Below, in pieces: positions 36,380-46,843 of a DNA stretch of 64,000 bases; position 1 is the first letter of the stretch; each line of letters opens with the position of its first letter. Below the pieces are notes generated by a model. The model was not told the DNA's origin, searched no databases, and was given only the letters and a program-made list of their open reading frames with translations. The stretch spans positions 72,048 to 136,047 of the forward strand of contig CAKOND010000001.1 in the NCBI GenBank assembly GCA_934096945.1, read 5' to 3'. Made by a program: the position numbers and the translations under genes. Origin of the DNA: an uncultured Bacilli bacterium (GTDB lineage: Bacteria; Bacillota_I; Bacilli_A; RF39; UBA660).

Positions 36380-38344
36380 TTATTTTTCTTCCAAATATTT
36401 TACAATATCTTTAGTTATTTTACTAGCTCCATAATAAAAAGCATCATTTTTTCCATTTTTATGAGAAACATTAGGTGAAATAACCACAATACTATATTTA
36501 GGATCTTCAGATGGATAAAAACCAGCAAAAGTTGAAGAAATAGTTGCGGTATCAACATATCCATCACCATCAGTATCTAAAAAAGATTCACTTGTCCCAG
36601 TTTTACCAGCAAAATCTAAACCTTGAGGCACATAAAACTTACCAGTACCTTCGCTTAAAACTAGTCTCATTCCCTCTTTTATTCTACCTAAAGCTTTCTC
36701 TTCCAAATCAACCTCATTTAAAATATTTACTTCATTTTTTAATACCAAATCATCTTTATTTCTAATTTCTTTCATTAAACTAAGTGCCATTCTTGTTCCA
36801 CTAGCAACACTATTAATATACTGCATAACCTCTACCGGAGTATAAGTATCATATTGACCTATTGCGAGGTTAAGAAGCAAATCATCAGCTATGGTTGAAC
36901 CAATAATGCCAATTCTTTCATCAGGTAAATCAATTTCAGTTTTAACGCCCAGACCAAAACTAGCAAGCATATCTCTATATATTTTAAAATGTTCTTCCGT
37001 TGCATTTAATTTCATATTAGGTTTATAACTTTTACCTGTAAGTCCAATTGCAATCATATATTGATAATAATTTGATGAATTAGCAAGTGCTGTCAAATCA
37101 TTTACTTTTCCCAGTCTTTTAAAACTACATTTCTGTGGCACAAATTCAAGTTTTACACAAGAATCAACTATATATGCTCCGGGAGTAATCAAATTATACT
37201 TATAGCCCACTCCAATAGTTGCCCCTTTAACAGCACTACCAATTGTATAAGATTTATTAATAGCATTTAAACTAATATCACTAAAAGTATTATCATCATT
37301 TAATCTTTGTCCTGCTAAAGCCAAAATTGCACCTGAAAGAGGATCACTAATAATAGCATAACTATCTTTAAAATATTCTGTATTGCCATATTTTTTACCT
37401 AAATTTATTTTATCTTTAATTATTTCTTCAACCTTAATTTGCAAATCAATATCAATAGATAAAACTAAGTCATTTCCTTTTTTGGGATCTTCTATCTTTA
37501 CTAATTTATAATCATTTTCTACTTTATATTTAGCTTTTTCTCCCTTTAAATATTCTTCATATTCTTTTTCTAAATAACTTAAACCAACCATATCAGTAAG
37601 TTCATAGCCTTCATTTAAATAATAATCTTTATTTTCTTTAGTTATTGCACCTACCTTACCAAATACATTTTTTAAAGTATCCCCATAAGGATAAATTCTC
37701 TCCCATGTAATTTCTCCCGTAACCCCTGAAATATTACTTTCAATCACTTTAGCAAATTCCTCTTCACTTACATTTTTTATAATTTCTTTTTTACTATAAA
37801 CATAACCCTTATTCATTAAACTATATATATGTGCTACTTTTTTTGTACTTTCATCATAATTTATCATTTCATTTGTTATTCTATCTAATTTAAGTTTTTC
37901 TAACGTTTCATTACTTATTTTTCTTTCTTGATACAATCTATACTCATTACTTGTAATCAACTCTTTTCCATTGTTATTAGTAACCAAATAATATTCTTTA
38001 AGTTCTTTTTCACTTCCTTCTTTTGAACTAATTATTTTTTCTAAGCTTTCCGCTATTTTAAGTTCATCTTCACTTTTTATACCTTTAATTTTATTATAAT
38101 ATATTGTTTTTACACCAATATTATCCACTAAAACTTTCCCATTAGTATCAAGTATTCTCCCTCTTGGACTGCTGGCTCCCCTTACATAAACTAAAGTTTT
38201 TTCTATTAATTTTTCTTCATAATAAGAATAGTTAGATAAAATAAAACCCAACTTTACAGCAAATATAATAAAAATTAATATTATAGAACTTAAAAAAACA
38301 TACCTTTTCATATTATTTAGTATTCCTTTTTTTACAAATTTCAT
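36380..38344 (-). CDS. Class B penicillin-binding protein (PBP2-type transpeptidase)
   Basis: N-terminal TM anchor, S-x-x-K (GSAVKG) and KTGT (AGKTGTSE). Confidence 0.85.
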   Translation of the reverse strand: MKFVKKGILNNMKRYVFLSSIILIFIIFAVKLGFILSNYSYYEEKLIEKTLVYVRGASSPRGRILDTNGKVLVDNIGVKTIYYNKIKGIKSEDELKIAESLEKIISSKEGSEKELKEYYLVTNNNGKELITSNEYRLYQERKISNETLEKLKLDRITNEMINYDESTKKVAHIYSLMNKGYVYSKKEIIKNVSEEEFAKVIESNISGVTGEITWERIYPYGDTLKNVFGKVGAITKENKDYYLNEGYELTDMVGLSYLEKEYEEYLKGEKAKYKVENDYKLVKIEDPKKGNDLVLSIDIDLQIKVEEIIKDKINLGKKYGNTEYFKDSYAIISDPLSGAILALAGQRLNDDNTFSDISLNAINKSYTIGSAVKGATIGVGYKYNLITPGAYIVDSCVKLEFVPQKCSFKRLGKVNDLTALANSSNYYQYMIAIGLTGKSYKPNMKLNATEEHFKIYRDMLASFGLGVKTEIDLPDERIGIIGSTIADDLLLNLAIGQYDTYTPVEVMQYINSVASGTRMALSLMKEIRNKDDLVLKNEVNILNEVDLEEKALGRIKEGMRLVLSEGTGKFYVPQGLDFAGKTGTSESFLDTDGDGYVDTATISSTFAGFYPSEDPKYSIVVISPNVSHKNGKNDAFYYGASKITKDIVKYLEEK

Positions 38345-38367
38345 ACAATATATTAAGGTGATTAATA

Positions 38368-38631
38368 ATGTTTAACATAATTGGTGCATATATAAATAAA
38401 TTAACTAAAGAAGATGTAAATAAATTTGCCATTTCAAAGGGAGCCAATCTTTCAAATGAAGAATTAGATTTTACATATTCATTTATTAAAAAGAATTGGA
38501 AAGATGTCTTAAAAAATCCTGCTATATTTGATATTGAAAGATACTCAAAATATTATCAAAAAGATAATTTTAACAAAATAAAACAAGTATTTAATGAATA
38601 CTATCAAAAATTTAGTTCTTACATAAAATAG
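38368..38631 (+). CDS. Small conserved protein (DUF2624-like)
   Basis: 87 aa. NKLTKEDVNKFAISKGANLSNEELDFTYSFIKKNW resembles the Bacillus-type DUF2624 family. AGGTGA RBS. Confidence 0.5.
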   Translation: MFNIIGAYINKLTKEDVNKFAISKGANLSNEELDFTYSFIKKNWKDVLKNPAIFDIERYSKYYQKDNFNKIKQVFNEYYQKFSSYIK

Positions 38632-38635
38632 AAAT

Positions 38636-38666
38636 AAAACTGTTAGGAATTTTCTAACAGTTTTTT
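38636..38666. terminator. Bidirectional terminator
   Basis: AAAACTGTTAG-gaatttt-CTAACAGTTTT lies between convergent genes. Confidence 0.75.
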
Positions 38667-38726
38667 AACATTTATAAATTAAATAGGGTGATACCAAATA
38701 ACTTAATCTTTATCAGCCACATTTAC

Positions 38727-40481
38727 TTATTTTCTATTTATTTTTAAATCATTAATATAATCCATAAAGTCTTTTTGACTCATTGTTGTAGTTTCACCAC
38801 TTCCAAATAATCTAAAACTTATTTCTTTATTATCTACTTCCCTTTGACCTAATATTAAAGTTATAGGTATTTTTTTCATTTGACTTTCTCTCATCTTATA
38901 TGAAAGTTTTTCATCTCTTTCATCAATTTCTACTCTATAGTCCGCATCAAATAGCATCTTATATACTTCTCTTGCATAATCTAAATGATATTCATTATTA
39001 ACAGGAATAACATTTATTCCAACCGGAGCAAGCCAAAGTGGTAAAGCTCCTTTTGTTTCTTCAAGAAGCATAGCAATAAATCTATCAATTGAGCCAAGTA
39101 TCGCTCTATGTATTACAACTGGAGTTTTCTTTTCTCCATTTACATCTATATAATAAAGTTCAAACTTTCTTGGTAATAAAAAGTCAAGTTGAATAGTTGA
39201 AAGTGCTACTTCATTACCAACAGCTGGTTTAATTAATATATCAAGTTTTGGCCCATAGAATGCTGCTTCCCCTTTAACTTCAATATAATCTATCCCAATA
39301 TCATCAAGTACTTTTCTAAGTGCTTCTTCAGCATTATTCCACATATCATCATCTTGGAAATATTTTTCTTTATCTTCTGGATCTCTTAGTGACAAACGAC
39401 ATTTATAATTTTTAAAAGCAAAATCTTTATAAACATCCATGATTAAATCAAGAACGCCTTTAAATTCACTTTCAATTTGTTCAGGTGTTACAAAAATATG
39501 TGAATCATTTTGAGTAAAGCATCTAGCTCTTTCAATACCTTTAACAGCCCCAGCAGCTTCATATCTAAAGTCATTAGCTACCTCAGCAATTCTAACTGGT
39601 AAATCTTTATATGAATGTAAGAAATTCTTATACATTACCATATGATGTGGACAATTCATAGGTCTAAGTACATAAGCTTCATTATCCAGTTCCATTGCTG
39701 GGAACATATCATCTTTATAATGATCCCAATGTCCACTTGTTTTATAAAGTTCTACACTACCTAAATCTGGTGTATGAACATGTTTATATCCATACTTAAT
39801 TTCTTTATCAGTTATATAATTTTGTAGTGTTCTCCATAAAGTATAACCGTTTGGAAGCCACATAGGTAGTCCTTTTCCCACTAAATCAGACATCATAAAT
39901 ATTCCTAAATCCTTACCTATTTTTCTATGATCTCTTTCTTTAGCTTCTTCAAGTTCTTTTAAGTGAGCTTCAAGAGCTTCAGGTGTATCAAAACATACCC
40001 CATATATTCTTTGTAGCATATGATTTTTTGCATCATTTTTCCAGTAAGCACCACTTACTTTAAGTAATTTAAAGTTTTTAAGTCCTTTAACAGTATCTAC
40101 ATGTGGTCCACGACATAAGTCAGTAAAATCACCTTGAGTATAACATGAAATTACCGTTTCATCTTCATCCATTCTAGATATTAAATCTATCTTGTATGGA
40201 TCATCTTTAAACATATCCAAAGCCTCATTTTTACTTATTTCATGTCTAACTATTCTCTTTCCATCCTTAGCTAATTTTTTCATTTCTTTTTCGATTACTG
40301 GTAAATCATCTTCATTTAAAGTTTTACCACCAAGGTCAATATCATAATAAAAGCCTTCTTCAATAACAGGTCCAACCCAAAACTTAGCTTCGGGATATAA
40401 ATGTTTTACAGCTTGCGCCATAAGATGTGCACATGAATGATTCATTACACTTAACTTTGCATCTTCTTTAATATTTATCAT
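38727..40481 (-). CDS. thrS: Threonine--tRNA ligase
   Basis: Class II motifs FRYEAAGAVKGIERARCFTQNDSH and HRAILGSIDRF plus an anticodon-binding C-terminus. The ATG at 40481 (MINIKEDAK) follows an AAGGAAG RBS; the track start lies in the T-box terminator. Confidence 0.93.
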   Translation of the reverse strand: MINIKEDAKLSVMNHSCAHLMAQAVKHLYPEAKFWVGPVIEEGFYYDIDLGGKTLNEDDLPVIEKEMKKLAKDGKRIVRHEISKNEALDMFKDDPYKIDLISRMDEDETVISCYTQGDFTDLCRGPHVDTVKGLKNFKLLKVSGAYWKNDAKNHMLQRIYGVCFDTPEALEAHLKELEEAKERDHRKIGKDLGIFMMSDLVGKGLPMWLPNGYTLWRTLQNYITDKEIKYGYKHVHTPDLGSVELYKTSGHWDHYKDDMFPAMELDNEAYVLRPMNCPHHMVMYKNFLHSYKDLPVRIAEVANDFRYEAAGAVKGIERARCFTQNDSHIFVTPEQIESEFKGVLDLIMDVYKDFAFKNYKCRLSLRDPEDKEKYFQDDDMWNNAEEALRKVLDDIGIDYIEVKGEAAFYGPKLDILIKPAVGNEVALSTIQLDFLLPRKFELYYIDVNGEKKTPVVIHRAILGSIDRFIAMLLEETKGALPLWLAPVGINVIPVNNEYHLDYAREVYKMLFDADYRVEIDERDEKLSYKMRESQMKKIPITLILGQREVDNKEISFRLFGSGETTTMSQKDFMDYINDLKINRK

Positions 40482-40730
40482 TTTTCTTCCTTCTTTCAAA
40501 AAATAAAAAAGAATGGTGTGCAAGGAGCCTTTTGGGCGGTACCATCCTTTTATTAACTTAATTTTGATAACGGATTTTAACCGGAGCTTATTAGCCCTCT
40601 TAGAAAGTAGTAATTAATAATGTATCTATTAGTTCTCACCATCCACTAATTCTCTTTAAGAAAACATTTATTAATCGTGTCTTTCCTCATTGATTTAACT
40701 CATATTACCACAATACTAAACAAATTTCAA
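40482..40730 (-). promoter_or_regulatory. thrS promoter plus T-box leader
   Basis: TTGAAA (40725-40730)-17-TAATAT (40702-40707). Sense strand has an AGAGA box, T-box sequence AAAGGATGGTACCGC (~40535-40552) and terminator GGATGGT ... ACCATTC plus T6 (40501-40549). ACU/ACA specifier candidates are present but not resolved. Confidence 0.8.
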
Positions 40731-40731
40731 G

Positions 40732-42186
40732 TTAATTTGCTAATATTTTATTAATTTTTTCTTTTGCATCATCTACTGTTTTATAATCGGGCTTCATAAC
40801 ATAGAGTTTAGAACCTTTATAACTATAAACATAATCCATTGCATCATATCCATTCACACCAATTGATTCAATTGACCATGAACTATTATCTTTTAACTGC
40901 ATTTTAATAAGTTTAGTTATATCATCATCACTTACATTTGTAACAAATTTTCCCTTCAAAGAACTAAGTAAATTAACATAATTAGTAATTATCTTGGGAC
41001 TCATTGCCTTATTTATTAAAGCAGTTAAAACTCTTTGTTGATTTTCTCCTCTCGTTCGATCTCCTTCTTTAAATGACTTTCTTTCTCTAGCAAATGATAA
41101 AGCCTTTTTACCATCTAAATAATTATCCCCTTTTTGATATACATAACCATCTTGAGAAGTAAATGCATATAAAGAATCTACTGTAATACCATCTAAAGCA
41201 TCCACTATGTCAACTAATGATGTAAAATTAACCTTAACATAATAATTAATTTTAGTATCAAATAAATCTTCAATAGTATTAATACTTTCATTAATACCAT
41301 ATATACCTGCGTGCGTAAGTTTATCATATTCGCCATTCTTATGAAGTTTAACATAATAATCTCGAGGAATATTAGTAAGAAGTATTTCTTTTTTAACAGG
41401 ATTTACCGTAATAATCATATTTACATCACTTCTAGACACTTTATTTACGCTTCCATAAGTATCAATACCTGAAACATAAATATTAAACGAATTATTAGTT
41501 ACATCTACAATTTTCCCTATTTTTTCTAACTTAACATCTATTTTAATAGTTTCAATTTTCTTAAGTAATGCATATCTTTCACTATTTTCTTCCTTCAATA
41601 TATCCAATTGTGCTTCTTCCATTATTATAGCACTTACTTTCTCATTATTTAAATCATTAATTAAATTTTCAGTATTATTTTCTATATTACTTGTAAATTC
41701 CACTTTTTTCTTTAGCCTACTAATTACTTTACTTAACCCTTCATTTTCTTCCGGATTCATAAAACCAATACTTTTTCCTTCAAGCTCCCTGAGCTTATTT
41801 ATATTACTATTATTAAGAACAAGTATATTATAGCTTTCAGTTTTATATTCACTAAACCCAAATGACTTTAAAAAGTTCATAGTATTAAGTCCATAATTTA
41901 TACCCAAAGTCATAACAACAATTAAAAGTAGTGCAAAAAAACCTCCGAATATATTTTTTACCTTTCCTTGACTCAACAAAAGCCATCCTGTTATTAAATC
42001 TACTAGTATTACTAAAATTATAAATACTAGAAAATATTCTAACGGAAATACATTTATAAAATATACTAAACTACCCACCATAATACTAAGTATACCAATA
42101 AGTATACATAAATACTTTTTAAAACTCATACCACATTTTTTCTTATTACAAATTTTTTTCATATACATCACAATTAGAGTATACAT
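40732..42186 (-). CDS. LytR-CpsA-Psr (LCP) family cell-wall polymer transferase
   Basis: N-terminal TM helices, then SRSDVNMIITVNP ... IPRDYYV ... VNFTSLVDIVDALDGITV ... FARERKSF ... GDRTRGENQQRVL. The start is uncertain. Confidence 0.85.
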   Translation of the reverse strand: MYTLIVMYMKKICNKKKCGMSFKKYLCILIGILSIMVGSLVYFINVFPLEYFLVFIILVILVDLITGWLLLSQGKVKNIFGGFFALLLIVVMTLGINYGLNTMNFLKSFGFSEYKTESYNILVLNNSNINKLRELEGKSIGFMNPEENEGLSKVISRLKKKVEFTSNIENNTENLINDLNNEKVSAIIMEEAQLDILKEENSERYALLKKIETIKIDVKLEKIGKIVDVTNNSFNIYVSGIDTYGSVNKVSRSDVNMIITVNPVKKEILLTNIPRDYYVKLHKNGEYDKLTHAGIYGINESINTIEDLFDTKINYYVKVNFTSLVDIVDALDGITVDSLYAFTSQDGYVYQKGDNYLDGKKALSFARERKSFKEGDRTRGENQQRVLTALINKAMSPKIITNYVNLLSSLKGKFVTNVSDDDITKLIKMQLKDNSSWSIESIGVNGYDAMDYVYSYKGSKLYVMKPDYKTVDDAKEKINKILAN

Positions 42187-42222
42187 AACTTAAGAGCAAA
42201 AATCAAGTCAATACCAAATATT

Positions 42223-42640
42223 TTACTCAATTCTAAATGGGCTTAAAGATGCACCATCACCTTTTGAATATGCTACTGAAGATAAAAGGTAAAAAGAAGG
42301 ATAAACATTACGACTCGTAGCTGCTGGAAAAATAGAAAAATTACATCTAAATCTATTCCTAAAAATACCATTATTTAACGAGAAATAGACATTGAAAGGC
42401 TCATAAAAAGCCAATCTACAGAAGAAATACGCTTAAATGCATACATACCCATATTTACAGTCCATATACTTGGATCTTCTGCATTGTAGTTCCAACATTA
42501 ACATCGCGAGCTTTCCTCTATTTCAAGCATCATAGATATCATATTAATGGTCTTTTTTACTTGATAAGTATTAATCTCATCAACATTTTCCTTTTCGTTT
42601 CCGAATAAAAAAACAATTCCGATACCTAAAATTTTTATGC
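42223..42640 (-). pseudogene. Decayed C-terminal copy of the surface-protein family
   Basis: The end VYPSFYLLSSVAYSKGDGASLSPFRIE aligns with VRPSFSLLSSVTYAGGSGTKSDPILIN of 18192-19688. Upstream frames are broken (AEDPSIWTVNMGMYAFKRISSVDWLFMSLSMSISR*). No start or RBS. Confidence 0.6.
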
Positions 42641-42700
42641 GATTGCCATACTGTTAAACTACCAAAAACTTTACAAAAAAAAGAATAGTTTTACCTATTC

Positions 42701-42862
42701 CTAATTTATTTTCTTTGCTATCATGCATTCTGCGCTATCCATAGCATTTATCATCTTTTTGCCAGCTTTCTTCATTGCTTTTTTATCATTCATTAAATAA
42801 ATACCACCAGCAACACCTGCCATAGTGCCAACTACCATCATAGCTTTAAACATATTTTTCAT
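42701..42862 (-). CDS. Small membrane protein, 53 aa (MKNMFKAMMVVGTMAGVAGGIYLMNDKKAMKKAGKKMINAMDSAECMIAKKIN)
   Basis: Below the ORF-track cutoff. GAGGTGG RBS, and terminator GAATAG-gtaaaa-CTATTC plus T8 (42674-42700) directly after the stop. Confidence 0.55.
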   Translation of the reverse strand: MKNMFKAMMVVGTMAGVAGGIYLMNDKKAMKKAGKKMINAMDSAECMIAKKIN

Positions 42863-42893
42863 TTTTCCACCTCTATAGGTAGTATGCCCAAAT

Positions 42894-45065
42894 TTAACTA
42901 TTATATACCATAGTAATTTGTTCTTTTAAACTTGTTTTTCTACCAGATGAATAATTGTTACCAACAGCTCTTTGAAAAGCAACTGGATCACCAACTAAAG
43001 TAAGGCTCTTCTTAGCTCTACTTACCCCCGTATAAATAAGTTTATTATAAAGCATTTTATAATAACTTTTTGATATTGGAAGTATTACATGAGTAAATTC
43101 GCTTCCCTGACTTTTATGTATAGATATAGCATAAGCATGTTTTATTTGTTTTAAATCCTTTTTATCATATTCAACTTTATTACCATCAAAATTAATTATT
43201 ATTTTATTACCCACAATACTTTCAATAAACCCAATATCACCATTAAAAACATTATTATCTAAATCATTAACTAGTTGCAGTACTTTATCACCTTCACGAT
43301 AAATATATTCTCCATATATAACTTCTTCTTTGCCTCTTTCTGATGGATTATATATTTCTTGAAGTGCATTATTTAAAGCATCAATTCCAGCATCCCCTTT
43401 ATACATCGGAGCTAAAACTTGAACATTTCTTTCATCTAAACCTTTTAGAAGAGAGATATCTGTTATTTGTTTTATAGCACTTTTTATATTATTTGAATCT
43501 ACTTGTACAAAGTTATAATCATCTTTTTTAGTTAGAAATTCTTCACTTAAGTCATTATTTTTTATTTCTTTAGCTAAAAATGGTATATATGAATTATCAC
43601 TTTGACGATAAATTTGGTTTAAAGGAACATAATTAAAAAAATCACTATCAATTAAATCATTTAAAACAAGTCCTGGACCCACACTCGGAAGTTGGAAAGT
43701 ATCACCAACCAAAATCAGTTTAACATTAGAACTTATACCATTAAGCAAAGCATTAAACAAATCAACATCAATCATACTAACCTCATCAACAATAATTAAC
43801 TTATGATGAGTTTTATTATATTCATTATATACAAATTCGTTGCTATCTTTATACCATTTTAAATATCTATGAATTGTATATGCTGGAATACCTGTAGATG
43901 AATTCATCTTTTTAGCAGCTCTTCCTGTCGGAGCCAAAAGTGCTATAGTTTCCATTATATCCGCGGGACCTAACTTTTCTTTTTCTATATAAAGTTTAAC
44001 TATAGCATTAATAATAGTAGTTTTCCCAGTACCAGGTCCCCCTGAAATAATAGTTATATTATTATTTAAAGCACTTTTTATAGCTTTTTCTTGTGTTTCA
44101 TTATAATCTATTTTTAATTTTTCTTCTAAATCTTTTAACTTTTCATCAATATTATAAAACATTTTTGGATTCTTACTATCTATTTTCTTTAAACACTTAG
44201 CTATATTACATTCTTTTTCATAATATTCTTTTAAATATATTCTTTTATCTATTCTTACAATATCATTATTATTTTCTAGATAATCTAAACATTCTAAGAA
44301 AACATCTTCCGTAAGTTCAATATAAAATTCTTTTAAAAGTACACCTTTAATTTCATCTGCATAATAAAAAGTATCTCCACTAGTAAAAGATAGTATTTTC
44401 ATACTCTCTAAAATACAAGCATAAATTCTAGCATCAGTTTTATCACCATAATTATTAACATAAATACTATCTACTTTTCTAAAATCCACAACTTCACTTA
44501 TTCTATAAAAATCATTTGCTAAAACTTCATCTATTTCATCTTTAAAATAATTATATATTCTATAACATTCTTCAATAGAAAATCCTAGATTTTGAAGTTT
44601 TAATATTGTATCTCCACTTTTATCATAATTAACAAGTGATGCGTGTATTTTTTCTGCTCTTTTTTCTGTTAAGCCTTCAATTTCAAGTAATTTTTCTTTA
44701 TCATTTTTTATTATATCTAAAGATTTTTCTCCGAAAGCTTCGACTATTCTTTTAGCAGTTACTTCCCCGCACCCTTCAATAAATGGACTAGATAAAAAGT
44801 CAATTATTGCTTCTTTTGTAGTTGGTTTATCTACCTCATAACTTTCCACAACAAATTGCATACCCCATTTATCATTTTTTTTATAATCACCATAAAGGGT
44901 CATAGCAACATCAATACTTGGGTCTAAAAATGAACCAGTAATAGTTATAGTTTTATTGTTTATTTCATTTAAATTGCTTTCCTTAACGCGAAATAAAGCG
45001 ACTACAAAGCCACTTTCTTTACTATAAAATATTAACTTTTTAATCTTGCCTTTAATGTAATTCAT
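42894..45065 (-). CDS. recD2: RecD2-type SF1 ATP-dependent DNA helicase
   Basis: N-terminal OB-like region, helix-hairpin-helix region, Walker A ISGGPGTGKTT, LIIVDEVSMID, and C-terminal SIHKSQGSEF ... YTGVSRAK. The ATG at 45065 follows an AAGGGT RBS. Confidence 0.88.
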   Translation of the reverse strand: MNYIKGKIKKLIFYSKESGFVVALFRVKESNLNEINNKTITITGSFLDPSIDVAMTLYGDYKKNDKWGMQFVVESYEVDKPTTKEAIIDFLSSPFIEGCGEVTAKRIVEAFGEKSLDIIKNDKEKLLEIEGLTEKRAEKIHASLVNYDKSGDTILKLQNLGFSIEECYRIYNYFKDEIDEVLANDFYRISEVVDFRKVDSIYVNNYGDKTDARIYACILESMKILSFTSGDTFYYADEIKGVLLKEFYIELTEDVFLECLDYLENNNDIVRIDKRIYLKEYYEKECNIAKCLKKIDSKNPKMFYNIDEKLKDLEEKLKIDYNETQEKAIKSALNNNITIISGGPGTGKTTIINAIVKLYIEKEKLGPADIMETIALLAPTGRAAKKMNSSTGIPAYTIHRYLKWYKDSNEFVYNEYNKTHHKLIIVDEVSMIDVDLFNALLNGISSNVKLILVGDTFQLPSVGPGLVLNDLIDSDFFNYVPLNQIYRQSDNSYIPFLAKEIKNNDLSEEFLTKKDDYNFVQVDSNNIKSAIKQITDISLLKGLDERNVQVLAPMYKGDAGIDALNNALQEIYNPSERGKEEVIYGEYIYREGDKVLQLVNDLDNNVFNGDIGFIESIVGNKIIINFDGNKVEYDKKDLKQIKHAYAISIHKSQGSEFTHVILPISKSYYKMLYNKLIYTGVSRAKKSLTLVGDPVAFQRAVGNNYSSGRKTSLKEQITMVYNS

Positions 45066-45171
45066 AAATACCCTTTTATGTATTTTTACTAGCATACTTA
45101 TATGCCTAATACTTACATTATTATAAACTTCTTACTTCAAAATATCAAGTTATTTACTCTAATTTAATAAA

Positions 45172-45596
45172 TTAATCTAAATATAGATTATCACTTAGAA
45201 CACTAGCATATTCATTTGTAATTAATTCTAAATTTTCTAAATCAATATAACCTAATAAATTATTACTATCAATAATATAATCTGGAGCTCCAACTCCTTC
45301 AAAATCTAGAAATGCTCCTTCTTCAGGTCTTAATTTTCTTATAAAACCATCCATACTATCTTTATAAACACCTGCTATAATCATTGTTGTATTATTTTTA
45401 ACTATAGTGCTTTTATTGGCATCTAATACAGATGTTCTTCTTTACTAAATTCTAAAAATGATTGTTCCCATAAAGGGTTTGCTACCACTAAACCTTCTTC
45501 TAAAATTTTATCACCTGATGCATTTGTAAAATGATAAAAATATCTTGCTTCTTCATTACTTGTTAAATTTGTTATTTTTTCTTGTAATTCGTCCAT
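45172..45596 (-). pseudogene. Frameshifted hypothetical gene translationally coupled to mtaB
   Basis: The ATG overlaps the mtaB stop (TAATG). Frame 1 reads MDELQEKITNLTSNEEARYFYHFTNASGDKILEEGLVVANPLWEQSFLEFSKEEHLY*. The reading continues in another frame as RRTSVLDANKSTIVKNNTTMIIAGVYKD ... NLYLD, with the switch inside AAAGAAGAACA. Confidence 0.5.
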
Positions 45597-46840
45597 TATT
45601 TTCCTCCGTTATATGTTACTGTATAGATTTCATTTTTATTTAGTTTTTCAGGTACTTCCATTTTTAAATAATTACTTGTATGACCAATACTTACATTATC
45701 ATTTACTTCTTCTACTAGAATATCTAAGCTTTTACCCTTAAATTTATTATAATATTCTTCTTCCATTTTTTCACTTAAAGCCATTAATCTTTTAACTCTA
45801 TCCTTTTTTATACTTTCATCAATTTGTTCAGGCATTGATGCTGCTGCAGTCCCTTTTCTAATTGAATAAGGAAAAACGTGTATTTTACTAAATTTCATCT
45901 TTTCTGAAAAATTTAAAGTACTTGTAAACAACTCTTCTGTTTCATAAGGAAAACCTACAATAATATCTGTTGATATTGATATATCAGGTCTTATATTTCT
46001 AATTTTATTTATTTTTTCTTCATAATATTTTAAATCATACTTACGATTCATTCTCTTTAGTATTTCATCACTACCTGCTTGAAGAGGAATATGCAAATGA
46101 TTACACACTTTACCATTTTTACCTAACATATCTAGAAATTTATCATTAAGTTCTGTTATTTCAATACTAGATATTCTAATACGTTTCAAGTTTTCTATTT
46201 TAGAAAGTTCATTAATTAAATCAGTTAAATCATGTCCACTATCTTCATAATGGCCTGTATGAATACCAGTTAAAACAATTTCTTTATGACCATGATGTGC
46301 TAAATGTTTAGCTTCCTCGATTACTTTATCAAAAGACTTAGACCTCACAGAACCCCTAACATAAGGAATAATACAATATGAACAAAAATTATCACAACCA
46401 TCCTCAATCTTGATAAAGGCTCTCACGTGATTATAATCATTAATAAACATATCTTCAAAATCTAAATCTCTATCATTATAAAACTTAACATATCTTTTTT
46501 TAGTATCTATATATTCTTTAATAAGTTCATTTATAATTGCTTTATCTTTATTACCAATAAGGATATCTATGTCTAAATTTTCATACTCTTCTTGTTTATT
46601 TTGACTACTACAACCAGCAACAGCCAAAACAGCCTCTGGATATTCTCTTCTAATTCTTCTAATCATTTTAAAACACTTTTTATCAGCAACATTAGTAACA
46701 GAACAAGTGTTAACTATAATAATATTTGCTTCATCTAATTTTTCAGTATAGAAAAAATTTGATGAAAGCATTTTTTCTTTCATCATATTTGACTCATATT
46801 GATTAACTTTACAACCAAATGTAACTATATTAAATTTCAT
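45596..46840 (-). CDS. mtaB: MiaB-like tRNA methylthiotransferase (MtaB type)
   Basis: N-terminal TFGCKVNQYES and radical-SAM CDNFCSYCIIP. 414 aa without a long TRAM tail. Confidence 0.8.
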   Translation of the reverse strand: MKFNIVTFGCKVNQYESNMMKEKMLSSNFFYTEKLDEANIIIVNTCSVTNVADKKCFKMIRRIRREYPEAVLAVAGCSSQNKQEEYENLDIDILIGNKDKAIINELIKEYIDTKKRYVKFYNDRDLDFEDMFINDYNHVRAFIKIEDGCDNFCSYCIIPYVRGSVRSKSFDKVIEEAKHLAHHGHKEIVLTGIHTGHYEDSGHDLTDLINELSKIENLKRIRISSIEITELNDKFLDMLGKNGKVCNHLHIPLQAGSDEILKRMNRKYDLKYYEEKINKIRNIRPDISISTDIIVGFPYETEELFTSTLNFSEKMKFSKIHVFPYSIRKGTAAASMPEQIDESIKKDRVKRLMALSEKMEEEYYNKFKGKSLDILVEEVNDNVSIGHTSNYLKMEVPEKLNKNEIYTVTYNGGK

Positions 46841-46843
46841 AAC

